64,000 nt of DNA, taken from IMG/VR virus record IMGVR_UViG_3300038393_001444, positions 1-64,000 of that record; one strand, 5' to 3'. Under the pieces are notes generated by a model. That model was not told where the DNA came from. It searched no databases and saw nothing but the letters and a program-made list of their open reading frames with translations. Position 1 is the stretch's first letter. Each line of letters opens with the position of its first letter. Positions 1-8,000 of this stretch are shown in pieces. This DNA comes from a virus. The position numbers and the translations under genes are program-made.

Positions 1-2
1 AG

Positions 3-986
3 CCCGCCGGCCCGGCCGATCCCGATGCCATTCCCGACGTGCCCGAAGTGCCGAGCTCCGAGCCCGAGCAGGTATGGATCTGCGGCGCGCACCGCGTCAT
101 GTGCGGCGACTCCCGCAATGCCGAGCACTGGACGCGCCTGCTGCAGGGTGAAAAGGGCGATATCGTCTGGACCGATCCGCCTTACAACGTCGATATCGGC
201 CAGAAGAACCGGGATCTGGATCGCCTGGATGGCGGCAACCGCTCGAAGAATGGCGGCATCGCCAACGATGCGATGGCCGACGCGGTGTTTCTCGATTTCC
301 TGTGCGACGTGTTCCGCCAGCTGCATGCCAACATGAAGCCGGGCGCGCCGATCTATATCGCCCACGCCGACCGCGAAGGCCACAATTTCCAGAATGCGTT
401 CCGCACGGTCGGCTTCAAGTTCTCGAGCATGCTGATCTGGCGGAAAAACAGCATCGTGCTGGGCCTGACCGACTACCAATCGATGCATGAGCCGATCATC
501 TATGGCTGGAAGCCGGGCGGCCGGCACAAGTGGTACGGCGGCCGCAAGCTGCGCAGCGTGGTCGAGCTCGAATCCGAGATTCCGGTCACGAAACAGGCTG
601 ACGGCCGCTTCGCGCTCACGATCGGCGGCCGCACGCTGCTGGTGCCGGCCGATGCCGAGCTCGAGGAAGTGCCGGGCTCCCTGGTGTACGTCGACAAGCC
701 CCAGCGCGGCCACGACCATCCGACTTCCAAGCCGGTCGAGCTCGTGCGACGCAACCTGCAGTCCAGCGCGCGCCGCAACGATATCGTGCTCGAAGCCTTC
801 GGCGGCTCCGGCTCCACGCTGATCGCGGCCGAGGAAGCTGGCATGTGCGCCCGGGTGATGGAAGTCGATCCGCGTTTCGTGGACGTGATCCTGCAGCGCT
901 ACTTCGATTTCACCGGCCGCGTTCCAGTCAATGAAGCCACCGGCGAGCCGTTCCCGGTGAAGAAGGGTGGCGACGATGCGCAATAA
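3..986 (+). CDS. DNA adenine/N4-cytosine methyltransferase (beta-class motif order), 5' partial
   Basis: TDPPY motif IV, HPTSKP, EAFGGSGST SAM-binding motif I; frame is open back to the window start. Confidence 0.9.
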   Translation, partial: PAGPADPDAIPDVPEVPSSEPEQVWICGAHRVMCGDSRNAEHWTRLLQGEKGDIVWTDPPYNVDIGQKNRDLDRLDGGNRSKNGGIANDAMADAVFLDFLCDVFRQLHANMKPGAPIYIAHADREGHNFQNAFRTVGFKFSSMLIWRKNSIVLGLTDYQSMHEPIIYGWKPGGRHKWYGGRKLRSVVELESEIPVTKQADGRFALTIGGRTLLVPADAELEEVPGSLVYVDKPQRGHDHPTSKPVELVRRNLQSSARRNDIVLEAFGGSGSTLIAAEEAGMCARVMEVDPRFVDVILQRYFDFTGRVPVNEATGEPFPVKKGGDDAQ

Positions 987-1119
987 GCAAGGCGGTTTCG
1001 CCCGCCCCGACAAGCTGCAGATCGTCGTTGCCGTCGCGGTGATCGCCTTCCTGGGCTGGGGCACGATCGAGGGCATCGTGCTGCTGGTCGAGCATCTGAC
1101 GATCGGGTGGAAGCCGTGA
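976..1119 (+). CDS. small membrane protein, 47 aa (MRNKQGGFARPDKLQIVVAVAVIAFLGWG...)
   Basis: Not in ORF track; fills the gap, hydrophobic stretch, stop overlaps next GTG (GTGA). Confidence 0.55.
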   Translation: MRNKQGGFARPDKLQIVVAVAVIAFLGWGTIEGIVLLVEHLTIGWKP

Positions 1120-1538
1120 AGGGCCTGCTCAAGCTGGTTCACGATCTGACGCTCAAGCGCTTCAAGGGCGGCGCTTACTTCAAGGTCAAGCTGCCGCCCG
1201 GCGTGGAGATCGGCGGCCTGTATCACCTGGGCGATGGCGTCTTTGTCGGGCAGCTGGCCCCGGAAGTCATCAAGAACACGTGCGGCCCGGTCGATGAAAA
1301 GGCCCGGCTCGCGCATCCGCCGCACTTCCTGCAGGTGGCGCTCAACGAAATCGAGCCGCCCGAGATCATCGCCTATGAGTTGATCGATAACCCGATCCCA
1401 TCGCCCAGAGAGGCCAGTCTTGTGCGCGTCAAGCCGGTGCTGACGGTCATGGTGCGCGATCCGGAAACCGGGGAGTCGGTGCTGCGCGTCTGCAAGGATG
1501 GCGAGCCGTTCCCGATCCAACCGCCGAGGCTGCATTGA
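1116..1538 (+). CDS. hypothetical protein, paralog of 2513..2935
   Basis: Shared GGLYHLGxGVFV and ELxDNPxP motifs; coupled start/stop. Confidence 0.7.
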   Translation: MKGLLKLVHDLTLKRFKGGAYFKVKLPPGVEIGGLYHLGDGVFVGQLAPEVIKNTCGPVDEKARLAHPPHFLQVALNEIEPPEIIAYELIDNPIPSPREASLVRVKPVLTVMVRDPETGESVLRVCKDGEPFPIQPPRLH

Positions 1539-1756
1539 ACGCCCGCCAGCGCCGGCGCGCCGCGCGCACGGTCCTCGCCGCTGTCTCGCGGGTGTCGCTC
1601 AAGCCCGGCGACGTGCTGGTGATCCATACCGTCAAGCCGCTTAAGCCCGAGGAATTCCAGCGCACCAATGCCGTCATGCGCCTGCACTTCCCCGACGTGC
1701 GGGTGCTCTATGCGCCCGCCGATTTTCATTTCTCCGTGATCGAAAGGACCGAATGA
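1535..1756 (+). CDS. hypothetical protein
   Basis: 4-nt overlaps on both sides. Confidence 0.55.
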   Translation: MNARQRRRAARTVLAAVSRVSLKPGDVLVIHTVKPLKPEEFQRTNAVMRLHFPDVRVLYAPADFHFSVIERTE

Positions 1757-2136
1757 TGCGCGCAGTTTCCTGGGTGGGTGAATGGCTCATAGCGCTGGCC
1801 GTGGCGATCGGCGCGCTGGTGTTCTGGCGCGCGCTGGTGCATCCGGACGATCCGTTCTGGCAGCCGAGCCTGCTGGCCTGCCTTGCCACGTTCGCCGCAT
1901 CCGCCGCCGTCACGCGCTTCGCGCTGCTGCTGTGCGAGGAAGGCCCGGGGCCGGAATTTGAGGGCTGGCTGTACTGCGATCGCTATGTTGCCGTCGCCTG
2001 GAACCCGCTGGTGTGGGAGATCTGGCCGTGCGGCTCGCTGGATGAAAGCCGCTGGCCGCGCGTGTACATGGTGCAGTGGCTGTTCCTGGCAATCATCTGG
2101 CAATACTCGACGCAACCGATGGGAGACGAAGAATGA
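1753..2136 (+). CDS. hypothetical membrane protein
   Basis: Two N-terminal hydrophobic segments; ATGA overlaps. Confidence 0.6.
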   Translation: MMRAVSWVGEWLIALAVAIGALVFWRALVHPDDPFWQPSLLACLATFAASAAVTRFALLLCEEGPGPEFEGWLYCDRYVAVAWNPLVWEIWPCGSLDESRWPRVYMVQWLFLAIIWQYSTQPMGDEE

Positions 2137-2516
2137 AGCGTTACAAGTGCCACAAGGAAGTCCTGGCGTCGAAGATCGTCGCCGCCGAATACTGCAAGGG
2201 CACCGGCCCGATGGGCGCGTGGCTGTTCACGTATGAGGACGGCGAGCAGGAACTGCTGCGGCAGGAAGATCCGAAGCTGGCGCGCTGGGTGCCGGGCGTG
2301 GGCGATTACAAGGTCGATTACATGAACGGCTTCGACTCGTTCTCGCCGGCGATGGTGTTCGAGGATGGCTATGCGCTGGTGATTCCGCATCATCTGCAGC
2401 GCGGTGTCGCCGATACGCCGGTGATCGCTGACGGCTATTCCACCAGCGAAGAGCCCGCGCCGGCTCCGCATCCCCAGCTGGCCCCGAGCTCGCTGGGCGC
2501 TGGAGACGAATCGTGA
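2133..2516 (+). CDS. conserved phage hypothetical protein (MKRYKCHKEV...Y.VDY.NGFDSFSP..FEDGY)
   Basis: ATG at 2133 overlapping the previous stop, GGAG upstream; recognisable phage motif. Confidence 0.7.
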   Translation: MKRYKCHKEVLASKIVAAEYCKGTGPMGAWLFTYEDGEQELLRQEDPKLARWVPGVGDYKVDYMNGFDSFSPAMVFEDGYALVIPHHLQRGVADTPVIADGYSTSEEPAPAPHPQLAPSSLGAGDES

Positions 2517-2935
2517 CCGCGCACTTCATGGATCACCGCGATGTGGTCGATGCGGCGCGCAAGCATGTCGCCGCCGGTGGCCACGTCAAGTTCCGGCTGC
2601 CGGTCGGCGCGTTCCTGGGCGGCCTGTACCACCTGGGCAATGGCGTGTTCGTGGCCAAGCTGCCGTCGCCGAACGATCTGCCGCACAACCGTGGCCGCTT
2701 CGCCATGCCGCCGGACATGGTGAAGGTGACCGGCTCGGAGGCCATGGTCGAGGCGCAGGCGCGCGTGATCACGCTGGAATTGTGCGACAACCCGCTGCCC
2801 GGAACGCTGGCTGCGCAGGAGCATTGCCGCATGATCCCGACGCAGCTGGGCGTGAAGATGATCGATGCCGAATCCGGCGCGCGCGTGGTGCGCTCCGTGA
2901 CAACCGGCAAGGTCATCAAGGGGCCGCGCAAATGA
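2513..2935 (+). CDS. hypothetical protein, paralog of 1116..1538
   Basis: Shared motifs; GGAG SD; GTGA overlap. Confidence 0.7.
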   Translation: MTAHFMDHRDVVDAARKHVAAGGHVKFRLPVGAFLGGLYHLGNGVFVAKLPSPNDLPHNRGRFAMPPDMVKVTGSEAMVEAQARVITLELCDNPLPGTLAAQEHCRMIPTQLGVKMIDAESGARVVRSVTTGKVIKGPRK

Positions 2936-3002
2936 TGCCCGGCATGCTGTATGTGGGCTGGGTGCTGTGGCCGAGCATGGTCATGTCGCTCTGGCTGCTG
3001 CC

Positions 3003-3311
3003 ATGACGTGCCGAGGCTGCCCGACTCCCGTGCGCTGCATCGTCGCGCAGCGCTGCCCGGATGGCTTGCCGTTCGTGGAGGGCACTGCGCCGCCGCTCGT
3101 GCCGCCGGAAGAGTCGGAGCCGCCGCGCGAATTCCCGCTGCAGCTGGGCCCCGACGTCGGCGAGGCATCGACGTTTCCTGAAATCGTTGTCGGCCCGGGC
3201 ATGTCCGCGCGCGCCGTCAATCCCTGCGGTGAATGTGGCGCGCCGCGCCGCCGGGCGCTGTACGGCCGCCCAACCTGTACCAACAAGAAATGTGCGAGGC
3301 ACGGAAGATGA
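3003..3311 (+). CDS. Cys-rich hypothetical protein
   Basis: CxxC pairs at both ends; ATGA overlaps. Confidence 0.5.
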   Translation: MTCRGCPTPVRCIVAQRCPDGLPFVEGTAPPLVPPEESEPPREFPLQLGPDVGEASTFPEIVVGPGMSARAVNPCGECGAPRRRALYGRPTCTNKKCARHGR

Positions 3312-3514
3312 GCGAACACCACGATAAGGGCGATGCGCCGCTGCACCGCCCGCTGGATGCACAACACGAAACCTTCAAGGCTGGGCTGGCGATTCCTGGC
3401 GGCGTCCCGCCGAAGTCTCCCGCGCCGCAATACGGCTGGATCTGCGCGAAGTGCGGCTGCGGCAATGCGCCGACGATGCCGGTGTGCCAGCGCTGCAGCA
3501 AGGAATACAGCTGA
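3308..3514 (+). CDS. small zinc-ribbon protein
   Basis: GWICAKCG...CQRC. Confidence 0.6.
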   Translation: MSEHHDKGDAPLHRPLDAQHETFKAGLAIPGGVPPKSPAPQYGWICAKCGCGNAPTMPVCQRCSKEYS

Positions 3515-4068
3515 TGAAAAAGCTCAAGGATGGCTGCTATCTGCAGGCCCCGCTGAAGATCCGCGCGTTCCTGGCCTGCCAGCCGGAAGCCCGGTTTTCC
3601 GCCGCCGAGATCTACCGCTCGCTGAATTCGTCCGCGCCGCTGATGAACCGCCTCATGTCGCTCATGACCGAGCGCGGCGAGATCTGCCGCGAGGAAAAGA
3701 GCGAGCGCAAGGCCCTGTTCTATGTCACGAAAGAGCAGGCCGCCGCGATCCATGAGGAATTGGCCGGCATCGGCGGCGAAGCGACGTTCTGGCTGGGCCG
3801 CAAGGTCGAGCCGCGCCGCCCGCCGAAGCTGGACGATGATCCGGAAGTGCCGAAGCGCGGCAGGCCGAGCGAAGCGGATCAGAATGCCGCCGCGCTGGCG
3901 AAGATGCAGCGCCTCGATGTGACCGATCCCATGGAAGCGTCGACGCGCCTGAATTATCTGCGCCGCATCCGCGAGCGCACGATCTTCGGCGAGGATGCCA
4001 TGCTCAAGGCCATCATCGCCGACTACGAAAGAACGCTGGCCCGGCTGACCGGGCGCAGCAGCGCCTGA
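3514..4068 (+). CDS. putative winged-helix DNA-binding protein
   Basis: IRAFL...FSAAEIYRSL...LMNRLMSLMTERGEICR wHTH pattern; AAGGA SD; TGATG coupling. Confidence 0.6.
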   Translation: MKKLKDGCYLQAPLKIRAFLACQPEARFSAAEIYRSLNSSAPLMNRLMSLMTERGEICREEKSERKALFYVTKEQAAAIHEELAGIGGEATFWLGRKVEPRRPPKLDDDPEVPKRGRPSEADQNAAALAKMQRLDVTDPMEASTRLNYLRRIRERTIFGEDAMLKAIIADYERTLARLTGRSSA

Positions 4069-4599
4069 TTACTTCGCCTTGTGCTGGGTGCCCTTCAAGT
4101 GGGCGTCCAGCTTCTTCACCTTTTCGATCGCTTCGGTGATGTTCTCGCCATCCTTCACGGCGCGCTGGGCGATCCAGATCGGGAAGGTCAGATCGTGGAT
4201 GCCGATGTTGACGCCGCGATGGTGGCCGCCGGGGATCTCGACGCCATCGATCGTGTGGCTGCCGCAGAGCACCACGAGATTGCGGATATCGTCGGGCGAC
4301 TCGATCGGCTTGTCGCCCAGCTGGTGGGTGTAGCCGTAGGGATCGAACACGTGCAGGGTGTCGAGCACCTTTTCCGGGTCCAGCTTGCCCCAAAGGGCCC
4401 ATTCGTGGATATGGTGCACTTCGCGCGCCTCGCGGCTGCCGCAGCACCAGCACGGCAGATCCAGCTGCCGGACCATCTGGCGCTTGTTCTTGCGGAATTC
4501 TGCGCTCTCGGTGCGCGCCTCGTGCGCATCGTAGTCCACGACTTCGGTGAGGGTGTGGCGCTGTTCGTGCGCCGCCGTGATCGATTTCTCTTCGGCCAT
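4069..4599 (-). CDS. HNH-like nuclease
   Basis: CWCCG...EVHHI...NLVVLC..H...HH...GIH; start reassigned to ATG 4599 (GGAG SD, downstream of late motif). Confidence 0.65.
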   Translation of the reverse strand: MAEEKSITAAHEQRHTLTEVVDYDAHEARTESAEFRKNKRQMVRQLDLPCWCCGSREAREVHHIHEWALWGKLDPEKVLDTLHVFDPYGYTHQLGDKPIESPDDIRNLVVLCGSHTIDGVEIPGGHHRGVNIGIHDLTFPIWIAQRAVKDGENITEAIEKVKKLDAHLKGTQHKAK

Positions 4600-4628
4600 T
4601 TGCCGCTCCATTTGGTTTCGGTGCGGCA

Positions 4629-4643
4629 AGTCTGCAATCACGA
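4629..4643 (-). promoter_or_regulatory. putative late promoter TCGTGATTGCAGACT
   Basis: Matches the TCGTGAYnnnAnnnT consensus; divergent pair. Confidence 0.75.
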
Positions 4644-4647
4644 ACCG

Positions 4648-4662
4648 TCGTGATCCTATCCT
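4648..4662 (+). promoter_or_regulatory. putative late promoter TCGTGATCCTATCCT
   Basis: Consensus match, intergenic. Confidence 0.75.
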
Positions 4663-4692
4663 TGCGGAAACCATCTATCCCGCGAGGCTCCT

Positions 4693-4962
4693 ATGTTCCC
4701 GTCCCTGAATTCCCAGCTGGCGATCAACACGCCGACCGTGGTCAAGCCGCAGGCTGGCCGCATCATGAAGGTGTCCGTCCTGGTGGCTGGAACTGCCGCC
4801 GGCGGCGTCTATGACTCCCAGACCACCAGCGCCGCCGCCCTGCAGAATCAGGTGGCGGTGATCCCGGCCGCGATCGCGGTGATCGATCTGCAATTCCAGT
4901 GCCGAAATGGCATCACCGTGGTGCCGGGCACGGGCCAGACGCTGGCCGTTTCGTTCGCCTAA
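4693..4962 (+). CDS. small beta-rich protein, probably virion-associated
   Basis: A/V/T/G-rich composition; own late motif; GAGG SD. Confidence 0.6.
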   Translation: MFPSLNSQLAINTPTVVKPQAGRIMKVSVLVAGTAAGGVYDSQTTSAAALQNQVAVIPAAIAVIDLQFQCRNGITVVPGTGQTLAVSFA

Positions 4963-4972
4963 AACCGCATCG

Positions 4973-4987
4973 TCGTGACGTTACCCT
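4973..4987 (+). promoter_or_regulatory. putative late promoter TCGTGACGTTACCCT
   Basis: Consensus match, intergenic. Confidence 0.75.
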
Positions 4988-5011
4988 GCGGGAAATTCCC
5001 AAGGGGTAACG

Positions 5012-8000
5012 ATGCTCGATCTCTCTGCTGGCCTGTCCGGGCCGATCCTGTTTCTGAAGGCCACGCAAAAGAAACAGGTGTTCATTCCCGCCTTTGTCCG
5101 CGCCGATGGCACTCCGGTGGCAGGGCACTACAAGTCGGTCCACGTTACCGACGATCACGATGATCACAAGGTAGCGCACGGGCAGGGCTCGCACAGCCAG
5201 AAGATCGCCCACGCGAAGCTGGCGCAGCACGATTGGTTCCACGCGCTGCCGACCGAGCACAAGGCCGCGATCGTGATGGCGCATGCCACGGATCATCAGG
5301 ACATGGATTCGGCCAATGCGCGCGCCTCCACGCTGAAGAAGAAGATCCTGGCCGGCGAAAAGCCGACGCCGTCCGAGTGGCGCGCCTGGGGCTATGTCGA
5401 GGCCGACAAGCGCCAGAAGCTCTACGATGAGATCACCGAAGCCGGGCAGGGCCCGTTCTTCCAATCCGCCATGGATGCGGACGCCGTGGCCAAGGGCGTC
5501 GAAGCCCGGAAAGAGCGCCTGGAGCATCAGCCCGCCGCGCCGGCCGACGTGAAGGCCGCCGAGCAGCCCAAGGAAGAGCCCAAGGCCGAGGAAAAGCAGC
5601 CCGAGCCGGCCGCAGCGCCCGAAGCGCCGAAGGCCGAGGACAAGCCCGCCGCGCCCGCGCAGGAGCCCGCCAAGGCCGCCGCCGGCGGCGAGCATGCGGA
5701 CTTCCTGGCCAAGCTGCATGCCGCCGCGCTGCCGCCCGAGAACGTCAATGCGTCCTCGTTCAACCTGAAGCTCAAGCTGATCCAGCAAGCCTTCGAAATA
5801 GGCGATGCCAAGACGCTGCTGGGCATGTCCTACGGCACGAACACCTACGGCAAGAAAGCTGCCAAGCTGGTGAATGAGGCCCTGGCCGTGCTCGGCCATG
5901 AGCACAAGGTCGAGCCGGGGCAGAAGGCTGGCGCGCATCCCGCGCTGGCCGGAGATCTGTCGCCGAAAGCCGAAAAGGAGCCGCCCAAGGATGAACCGAA
6001 GCCCGCAGAGCCGGCCCCAGCGCCGCAAGCAGCCGAGAGCGCGCAGCCCGAGAAAGCCGAAGCCGCTGCCGAGCCCGCCCCGGCTGCCGAACCCGTAGCC
6101 GAAGCGCCGGCCGCGAGCGAAACGGGAAATCCCGTTTTGGCCGATTCTCAAGCAAACGGCACGCTGGCCATGCCCGAGTTCGAAGAGGGCAAGGAAAAGG
6201 CCGGCGTCAAGGATTACTACGAGAAGGTCGCGCAAAAGATTATCGACCACGCCAGCGCCGGGAATGTCGCTGTGCTGGAGGATATGAAAGACGCGGGCCT
6301 GAAGCCGAACAAGAACGGCAAGGTCGGCAACACGTGGAAGGGAAAAACCGGCAACAGCAAGAAGCTGCTGGAGCTCTATGACGCCGCGCTGGCGCATGCG
6401 AAGGGGGAAGGCGCTGCCGCCGCCCCTGCCGCGCCCGCTGCCGTGGACGATGGCCCGAAGGAAGGCGATACCAAGACCGCCGCTGATGGCGGAACGCTGG
6501 TGCTGAAAGACGGCCACTGGATCAAGCAGGAAGAGCCGCAGGCGGCTGCCGCGCCGGGACCGCATGACGAACTGCTGGGGCAGGCCAAGGCCGCCGGCTT
6601 CGAAGTGAAGGTGAGCGGCATTCATGGAGTGGTGCTGGCCAATGGCAGCGGCATCATGAAAATGTATGCCAACAAGACGCAGGCCGAAAACGCCGTCCAG
6701 AACCTGAAGCAGAGCGGTTTCGATGCGCACGTGATCGGCCAGCATCCGTTCGCGGTCAAGATCACGGGCAAGGCGGCCGAGCCCGCGCCGGTGCTGGATG
6801 CGCCTGCTGCCGCGACCGACAAGGCCGCCAAGCATTACGTGCTGGATGCCGAGAATGCCGCCGCCAAAAAGGGATTGGTCGGCCAAGCCATGACCGCGCA
6901 CGTGTACGAGGCCGCGAAGCAGTGGCTCGATGCGCACCCGGGCAAGCTGGAAGAGCTCAATGCTGGGCTGGACGCGCTGGGTTATGCCAAGTTCCCCGAG
7001 CCGGCTGCCGCTGCCGCGCCAGCCGCGCCGGTCCCGCTGACCGACGCCGAGATCGGCGACAAGCCCAGCGGCGTGAACACTGATTTTTTCAACTCCGCGA
7101 AGAAGGCCGCGCTGGCCGGCGATCTGGCTGGGCTCAAAAAGCTGGCGCAGACCGCGCTGGACGAAAGCTATCCGAACACGGCGAACCATCTGCAGGGCAT
7201 GGCGGCCGCGCTCGAGGCCAAGCAGGGCGGCGCGCAGCCGGCCGGTGTCGATGAGAAAGCCGAGCAGGCCGCGATCACGATGGGCGAGAAGATGGCCGCT
7301 GACGGCGAGCTCGCGGATCTGGCCGAACTGATCCAGAACACGAAGGGCACGGTTTCCGATATCGCGCACAAGTACCTGCAGAAGCTGCTGGGCGATGCGA
7401 AAGACAAGCTGGCCGCCGAGGCTGCTGCCGCCGCCGGCAAAGAGCCGCCGAAGCCGACCGTCGCGCCGTCGCTGCAGAGCATTGTCGATGATGCGAAGTG
7501 GGCCTATGACAACGGCGAGCATCAAACGCTGTCCGATATCGCCGATTACGTGAAGGATCTCGATACCAGCGCCGACGCGCCGAAGATCCAGCAGTATGTC
7601 GCTGCGCTGCAGGGCCTGCAGAAGCCCGCGCGCCATGAGAAGCCGGCCGCGCAGCTCGCGCCGGAAGCCGCCCCAGCTGCGCCCGCCGCCAAGCCTTCGA
7701 TCACCCTGGCGGATCTGCCGTCGATCCCGGTGCTGAACCTGCAGAAGAACAAGGATCTGGCCGAGCACATGCAGCAGCTGGCGCTGGCCGGCGATCTGGC
7801 CGGGATTCAGGCGCTGCAGCAGACCGACAAGGTGAAGAACATCGGCAAGCTGTCGGGCTATTCGTACCAGCTGACGCAAGCGCTGATGCAGAAGGGCATC
7901 GTGACGCCGGTTCCTGGTGCTGACGCCGCACCCGCTGCCGATCAGGGCCCGAAGGATGGCGACACGAAGCAGGGCGCGAACGGCATGCTGGTGTTCAAGG

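Noticed and set aside
976-1119. KQGG|F resembling a type IV prepilin cleavage site
   Set aside because: No Glu at +5 and charged residues follow the Phe; kept only as a small membrane protein.
2511-2525. TCGTGA at a gene junction
   Set aside because: Lacks the +5 A of the consensus; explained by a GTGA start/stop overlap.
5520-6130. Repetitive-looking DNA (gccgagccc/gccgcgccc)
   Set aside because: Encodes Ala/Pro/Glu/Lys linkers; no fixed-period repeat or CRISPR-like spacing.
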